A stretch of 64,000 nt of DNA from positions 59,218-123,217 of the forward strand of contig JACJWV010000015.1 of assembly GCA_020636915.1 (NCBI GenBank), read 5' to 3'. Under the pieces are notes generated by a model. It did no database searches. It saw nothing but the letters and a program-made list of their open reading frames with translations, and was not told where the DNA came from. Below, piece by piece: positions 59,994-64,000 of this stretch. The DNA comes from Nocardioides sp. Lineage in GTDB: Bacteria > Actinomycetota > Actinomycetes > Propionibacteriales > Nocardioidaceae. Every line of letters starts with the position of its first letter. Positions within the stretch are counted from its first letter, which is position 1. A program made the position numbers and the translations under genes.

Positions 59994-61022
59994 ATGACCA
60001 CCAGGTTCCGTACCACTCTCGTCAGTGCCGCTGCCGCGGCGCTGCTCCTGCCGTTCCTCGCGGCGCTCGCCGGAGCCGCCCCCGCCTCAGCGTCCTCGCC
60101 ACGCCCGCACGTCGTGGCGATGTACAAGGTCGAGAAGCACGTCGACCTGTCCGGTGAGTTCCCGGACAACGCGATCGAGACGACCCTGTCGTGCAGCGGC
60201 GGTGACTACGTGCTCGACGGCATGTGGCGCGTGGACCACGTCGACCAGGCCAACCCGCCGGAGACGACAGGCGACGAGCGCGACGTCTACGTGAACGCGT
60301 CGTACGGCGACGCCACCGACACCAGCCAGTGGCACTACCGGATCACCAACTACGCCGACGGTGACGCCCAGCTCAAGCTCTTCCTGACCTGCATCCGCGG
60401 CCAGGTCGAGCAGGCCTACAACCACGCGCACGGCGTGGTCCTGTCGGGGCAGTACTTCAACGTGGCCCTGCCGCTGGTCGCCGGTGGCCAGGAGCTCAAC
60501 TTCCCGGCCACCTGCAACGCGGGTGAGGTGGCGGTCGCCCCCGGCTTCAGCCTGGCCGACAACGACCACAAGGTCCGGGTCTACCGGAGCCTGGCCCGGT
60601 CCGCGTTCCGCAGCTGGCGCTGGGCCTTCTACGCCGTCGACCCGGGTGTCGGGCTGACCACGACCATGCGGTGCCTGCAGGTGAAGACCACTCCTGGAGG
60701 CAACGGTCCGCACGCCCACAACCTGATGTGGGCAGGACGGCCGTGGGGAGACCAGCTGGTCGGACAGTGGCTGGACGTCGTCGGAGCGCAGGAGCGCAGG
60801 ATCGCCTGCGACGACGGCGCGGACGGCAGGTACTACCAGGACTACAAGGCGATGGTGGCGTCGTTCTACCTCGGCGACCCCACGCACGAGTGGTTCCTCG
60901 GGATGGACCCGCGGCCCAAGCAGCGCGCCTACAAGTTCTGGTGGGACGGCGGCGGGGACAACGCTGCCTACCTGAACGTGCTCTGCATCCGCACCAAGAC
61001 CGGCAAGCAGATCGCCCCGTGA
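59994..61022 (+). CDS. Secreted 6-Cys three-module protein, P5 (subtype A)
   Basis: Same motifs as P1; ends TGKQIAP. Confidence 0.85.
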   Translation: MTTRFRTTLVSAAAAALLLPFLAALAGAAPASASSPRPHVVAMYKVEKHVDLSGEFPDNAIETTLSCSGGDYVLDGMWRVDHVDQANPPETTGDERDVYVNASYGDATDTSQWHYRITNYADGDAQLKLFLTCIRGQVEQAYNHAHGVVLSGQYFNVALPLVAGGQELNFPATCNAGEVAVAPGFSLADNDHKVRVYRSLARSAFRSWRWAFYAVDPGVGLTTTMRCLQVKTTPGGNGPHAHNLMWAGRPWGDQLVGQWLDVVGAQERRIACDDGADGRYYQDYKAMVASFYLGDPTHEWFLGMDPRPKQRAYKFWWDGGGDNAAYLNVLCIRTKTGKQIAP

Positions 61023-61046
61023 CCTGCTGAGCCCGGTGTGATCCTC

Positions 61047-61078
61047 GGAGCCCGTCCCGCAACGTCGGGGCGGGCTCC
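61047..61078 (+). terminator. Hairpin after P5
   Basis: GGAGCCCGTCCCG/CGGGGCGGGCTCC. Confidence 0.7.
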
Positions 61079-61127
61079 AGGCCGTCGTACGGACGGCCCC
61101 GATACGGGTCCGGGCGGGGTGGGGCGA

Positions 61128-61216
61128 GGACTAGAGTGGTGGTGCCGCACCGCCCCACGTCCTCGGGGACCGCAACCCAGATCCGGTCTCGGGATGCCCT
61201 GTTGGAGGCGGTGGTC
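61128..61216 (+). promoter_or_regulatory. P6 upstream cassette
   Basis: GGAC-TAGAGT-N4-GTGCC; CACCGCCCCACGTCCTCGGGGACCGC; GGTCTCGGGATGCCC; TGGAGGCGGTGGTCATG. Confidence 0.75.
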
Positions 61217-62248
61217 ATGACCACCAGGTTCCGTTCGACCCTCGTCAGTGCCGCGGCCGCAGCACTCGTCCTGCCGTTCCTCGCGGCGTTGGTCGGAGCC
61301 GCGCCCGCCCAGGGGAGCTCGCCACGTCCGCACGGGGTGGCGATGTACAAGGTCGAGAAGCACGTCGACCTGTCCGGCGAGATCCCCGACAACTTCGTGG
61401 ACACCACGCTGTCCTGCTACGGCGGGGACGACGTGCTCGACGGCATGTGGCGCGTGGACCACGTCGACCAGGCGGACCCGCCGGCCACCAACGGCGACGA
61501 GCGCGACGTCTACGTGAGCGCGTCGTACGGCGACGCCGCCAACCCGGGTCTGTGGCACTACCGGATCACCAACTACGCCGACGGTGACGCCCAGCTCAAG
61601 CTCTTCCTGACCTGCATCCGTGGCCAGGTCGACCGGGCGTGGGGGCACACGCACGACATCGTGCTCTCGGACCAGAAGTCGACCACCTGGAGCAACATGC
61701 AGACAGGCACGGGGGTCCAGGTGGTGTTCAACAGCAGCTTCTGCCAGGCCGGCCAGCTCGCCGTCGCCCCGGGCTTCAACCTCTCCGACGACGTCCACCG
61801 GCTGCGTGTGGTCAGCAGCTACAACGCGATCGACCTCCTGACCTGGCGCTGGGGCTTCATCGTGACCGACTCCGGTGCCGACCTGGTGCTCAGCCAGCGC
61901 TGCCTCCAGGTCAAGACGGCGGCAGGTGGCAACGGCCCGCACGCCCACAACCTCCTGAACGCCCGGCGCCCGGCCGGCGACGCCTGGGTGGGCGAGTCGC
62001 TGACCAGCGGACCGCAAGAGGTACGGATCAGCTGCGACGACGGCGTGGACGGCAAGCGCTACCAGGACTACAAGGCGATGATGGCCACGTTCTACCTGGA
62101 CAACCCGAGCCACTCCTGGTTCCTCGGGATGGACCCACGACCCAAGTCGCGTGCGTACAAGCTCTGGTGGGACGGGAGCGGCACCAACGGTGCCTACCTG
62201 AGCACCCTGTGCATCCGCACCACGACCGGCAAGCAGATCGCCCCGTGA
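61217..62248 (+). CDS. Secreted 6-Cys three-module protein, P6 (subtype A)
   Basis: Closest to P5; same motifs; ends TGKQIAP. Confidence 0.85.
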   Translation: MTTRFRSTLVSAAAAALVLPFLAALVGAAPAQGSSPRPHGVAMYKVEKHVDLSGEIPDNFVDTTLSCYGGDDVLDGMWRVDHVDQADPPATNGDERDVYVSASYGDAANPGLWHYRITNYADGDAQLKLFLTCIRGQVDRAWGHTHDIVLSDQKSTTWSNMQTGTGVQVVFNSSFCQAGQLAVAPGFNLSDDVHRLRVVSSYNAIDLLTWRWGFIVTDSGADLVLSQRCLQVKTAAGGNGPHAHNLLNARRPAGDAWVGESLTSGPQEVRISCDDGVDGKRYQDYKAMMATFYLDNPSHSWFLGMDPRPKSRAYKLWWDGSGTNGAYLSTLCIRTTTGKQIAP

Positions 62249-62267
62249 CCAGCTGACCCGAGGGTGA

Positions 62268-63074
62268 TCATCCTGAGCCCGTCCCGCCCGGGGCGGGCTC
62301 AGCGCTGCCCGGGTCGAGGAGCTCGTCCATCCAGGCGAAGCACGCGGGCGACAGCTTCTCGAGCGGAGCCGTGCCCGGGAGCAGGGCGTAGACGCGGTCG
62401 GCCGCCTCGGCGGGCAGGTCCGTGCGCAGGTAGCGGAGCCCGAAGTCGTGACGCCATGGGCAGTGGCGCACCCGCAGCAACCGCACGACGACCCCGAGAG
62501 CGAAGCGCAGGTAGAGGTCGGTGGCCTCCGGGAGCTGGCCCCGGGCCACCGCCCGGTTGACCAGCCACTCCGCAGTCGCCCGGCGCTGCCGCGCCTGGTC
62601 GACAGCCTCCGCGCACGCGGCCTCGAGGGCGGCCTGGTCGTCCGGTCGCAGCACCAGGAGACCGTCGGGGTCGTGCACGACCAGCGGCGTGCCGTGCCGG
62701 CGTACGTCGACGAAGCGGTGCGTGTCGGACAGGTCGGACAGGTGGAGGTCCACCGCCCGGGTCGGCTCGCCCAGGGCGCCCGGCCGCGCCTGGTGCAGGA
62801 CGAAGCTCTGGCGACCGTCCGGCCAGGTCGCGAGCGGCAGCTCCCAGACGTGGTCGACGTCGAGGCGCTCGCGCGCCCGGCCGAGGAGCCGGTCGTGGAC
62901 GTCCGAGGTGGTTCCCGGCGTGCAGAGCAGGTCGACGTCGAGGTCGGACCACTCGTCCCATCCCCCGGTCGCCGCCGAACCGCCCACCCACACCACGCGC
63001 AGGTCCGGGTCGGTCTCGCCGAGCTCCGCCAGCAGCGCCCACCAGTCGTCGTACCGGGACAGGTCAGGGGTCAT
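62268..63074 (-). CDS. Pol-beta-like nucleotidyltransferase domain protein
   Basis: GGSAATGGWDEWSDLDV (GS...DxD), followed by a helical C-terminal domain. Confidence 0.75.
   Translation of the reverse strand: MTPDLSRYDDWWALLAELGETDPDLRVVWVGGSAATGGWDEWSDLDVDLLCTPGTTSDVHDRLLGRARERLDVDHVWELPLATWPDGRQSFVLHQARPGALGEPTRAVDLHLSDLSDTHRFVDVRRHGTPLVVHDPDGLLVLRPDDQAALEAACAEAVDQARQRRATAEWLVNRAVARGQLPEATDLYLRFALGVVVRLLRVRHCPWRHDFGLRYLRTDLPAEAADRVYALLPGTAPLEKLSPACFAWMDELLDPGSAEPAPGGTGSG
62273..62302 (+). terminator. Hairpin after P6, overlapping the 3' end of the convergent gene
   Basis: CTGAGCCCGTCCCG/CGGGGCGGGCTCAG. Confidence 0.7.
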
Positions 63075-63146
63075 GGCGCCATTCTCCGCTTGAGTCCCGG
63101 CGTGGCTGGGTACGAGCCGACAAGTCTCTTCTCGGGAGGTCTTGCC

Positions 63147-63413
63147 ATGTCGTCACGGCGACACTGGACCCTGATCGGGGTCCTGCTCGCACCCGCGGTC
63201 GTGCTGCCGCTCTGGGTGCCGCTCTACGACCACGAGGACCCGACGTTCCTCGGGTTCCCGTTCTTCTACTGGTTCCAGTTCCTCCTGATCCTGGTGGCGG
63301 TGGCGGTCACCGTGCCGGCCTTCTGGCTCTCCCGGCAGGCCGACCGTCTCGACCGGGTCCGGCACGGGCTCACGCCCGACGCGGGCGACCCGACCCGCAC
63401 GGACGGGCGGTGA
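63147..63413 (+). CDS. DUF3311 small membrane protein
   Basis: LWVPLYDHEDPTFLGFPFFYWFQ; precedes the symporter. Confidence 0.88.
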   Translation: MSSRRHWTLIGVLLAPAVVLPLWVPLYDHEDPTFLGFPFFYWFQFLLILVAVAVTVPAFWLSRQADRLDRVRHGLTPDAGDPTRTDGR

Positions 63414-63420
63414 GCGGCCC

Positions 63421-64000
63421 GTGCTCGACCACGTGAACGGCGTCGTCCTCGGCGTCTTCGTCTTCCTGTTCCTGCTCGTCACCGTCCTCGGCTTCGCGGC
63501 CGCGCGCTGGCGGCGGGCGGAGAGCCTGGACAACCTCGACGAGTGGGGCCTCGGCGGGCGCGGCTTCGGCACCTTCATCGCCTGGTTCCTCATCGGCGGC
63601 GACATCTACACCGCCTACACCTTCATCGCCGTCCCGGCGACGCTGTACGCCGGCAGCGTGGTCGGGTTCTTCGCCGTCCCCTACACGATCGTGGTCTACC
63701 CCCTGATCTTCCTGTTCCTCCCGCGGCTCTGGTCGGTGTCGCACCGGCACGGCTACGTGACGCCGGCTGACTTCGTGCAGGGCCGCTACGACAGCCGCGT
63801 GCTCGCGCTGGCCGTGGCCCTGACCGGGATCCTCGCGACGATGCCCTACATCGCGCTGCAGCTGGTCGGCATGCAGGTCGTCCTGCAGGTGATGGGTATC
63901 GGTGGCGGGAGCGACAGCTGGTACGTCAACGACGTGCCGCTCTTCCTCGCGTTCGCGGTGCTCGCGGCCTACACCTACTCCAGCGGGCTGCGCGCCCCCG
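63421..64000 (+). CDS. mctP: Sodium:solute symporter, MctP-like monocarboxylate permease (3' end outside window)
   Basis: Own translation, not in the ORF track: LDEWGLGGRGFG, WFLIGGDIYTAYTFIAVP, TMPYIALQLVG, YSSGLRAP. Confidence 0.85.
   Translation, partial: MLDHVNGVVLGVFVFLFLLVTVLGFAAARWRRAESLDNLDEWGLGGRGFGTFIAWFLIGGDIYTAYTFIAVPATLYAGSVVGFFAVPYTIVVYPLIFLFLPRLWSVSHRHGYVTPADFVQGRYDSRVLALAVALTGILATMPYIALQLVGMQVVLQVMGIGGGSDSWYVNDVPLFLAFAVLAAYTYSSGLRAP

Noticed and set aside
57404-61216. Conserved leader peptide VPHRPTSSGTA upstream of P3, P4 and P6
   Set aside because: Its frame relative to the main gene differs among copies (77, 73, 75 nt) and it is disrupted in P5, so conservation is at nucleotide level.
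55072-62248. Diversity-generating retroelement, shufflon or integron cassette array
   Set aside because: No reverse transcriptase, recombinase or integrase; no adenine-specific TR/VR pair; no attC-like GTTRRRY ends recognised; all copies are intact genes with their own RBS.
55072-62248. Tat substrates, lipoproteins, sortase-anchored pilins or RiPP precursors
   Set aside because: No twin-Arg motif, lipobox or LPxTG tail; proteins are too long for precursor peptides and no modifying enzymes are nearby.
62268-63074. Toxin-antitoxin (MNT-HEPN) or CBASS nucleotidyltransferase linked to the array
   Set aside because: No partner HEPN or effector gene; it is convergent to the array and looks like a generic stand-alone nucleotidyltransferase.

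Overview
Very GC-rich actinobacterial chromosome segment. Gene content and intergenic palindromes suggest a Nocardioides-like organism (inference). It holds about 60 CDS and no recognisable rRNA, tRNA, transposase, integrase or CRISPR-cas. Most genes are ordinary metabolic or regulatory: a HelR-type ATPase, a DesA3-type desaturase with its reductase, an ABC exporter, an aminotransferase-MMSDH cluster, a FadD/FadE/CYP cassette, psuK-psuG, a RelZ-like alarmone synthetase, ECF42 sigma with YciI, an M3 peptidase and an MctP symporter. Three things stand out. (1) 55072-62248 is a tandem array of six paralogous secreted proteins I cannot assign to a named family. Each has three Cys-pair modules preceded by His/HxH motifs, and they fall into two subtypes (A-B-A-B-A-A). 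Copies 3-6 each have their own -10 box, conserved ~75-nt leader and upstream hairpin, and 13-bp-phased operator-like repeats precede copies 1, 3, 4 and 5. (2) 10408-17940 has two paralogous membrane-domain/DUF4185-like propeller fusions flanking an MmpL protein with a symmetric ~270-aa coiled-coil hairpin. (3) 39695-39792 is a 14-bp tandem repeat encoding a chain of translationally coupled MRDQA mini-ORFs between a P450 and a TetR gene. All family calls come from motif recognition only, with no database searches; start codons were chosen by eye.
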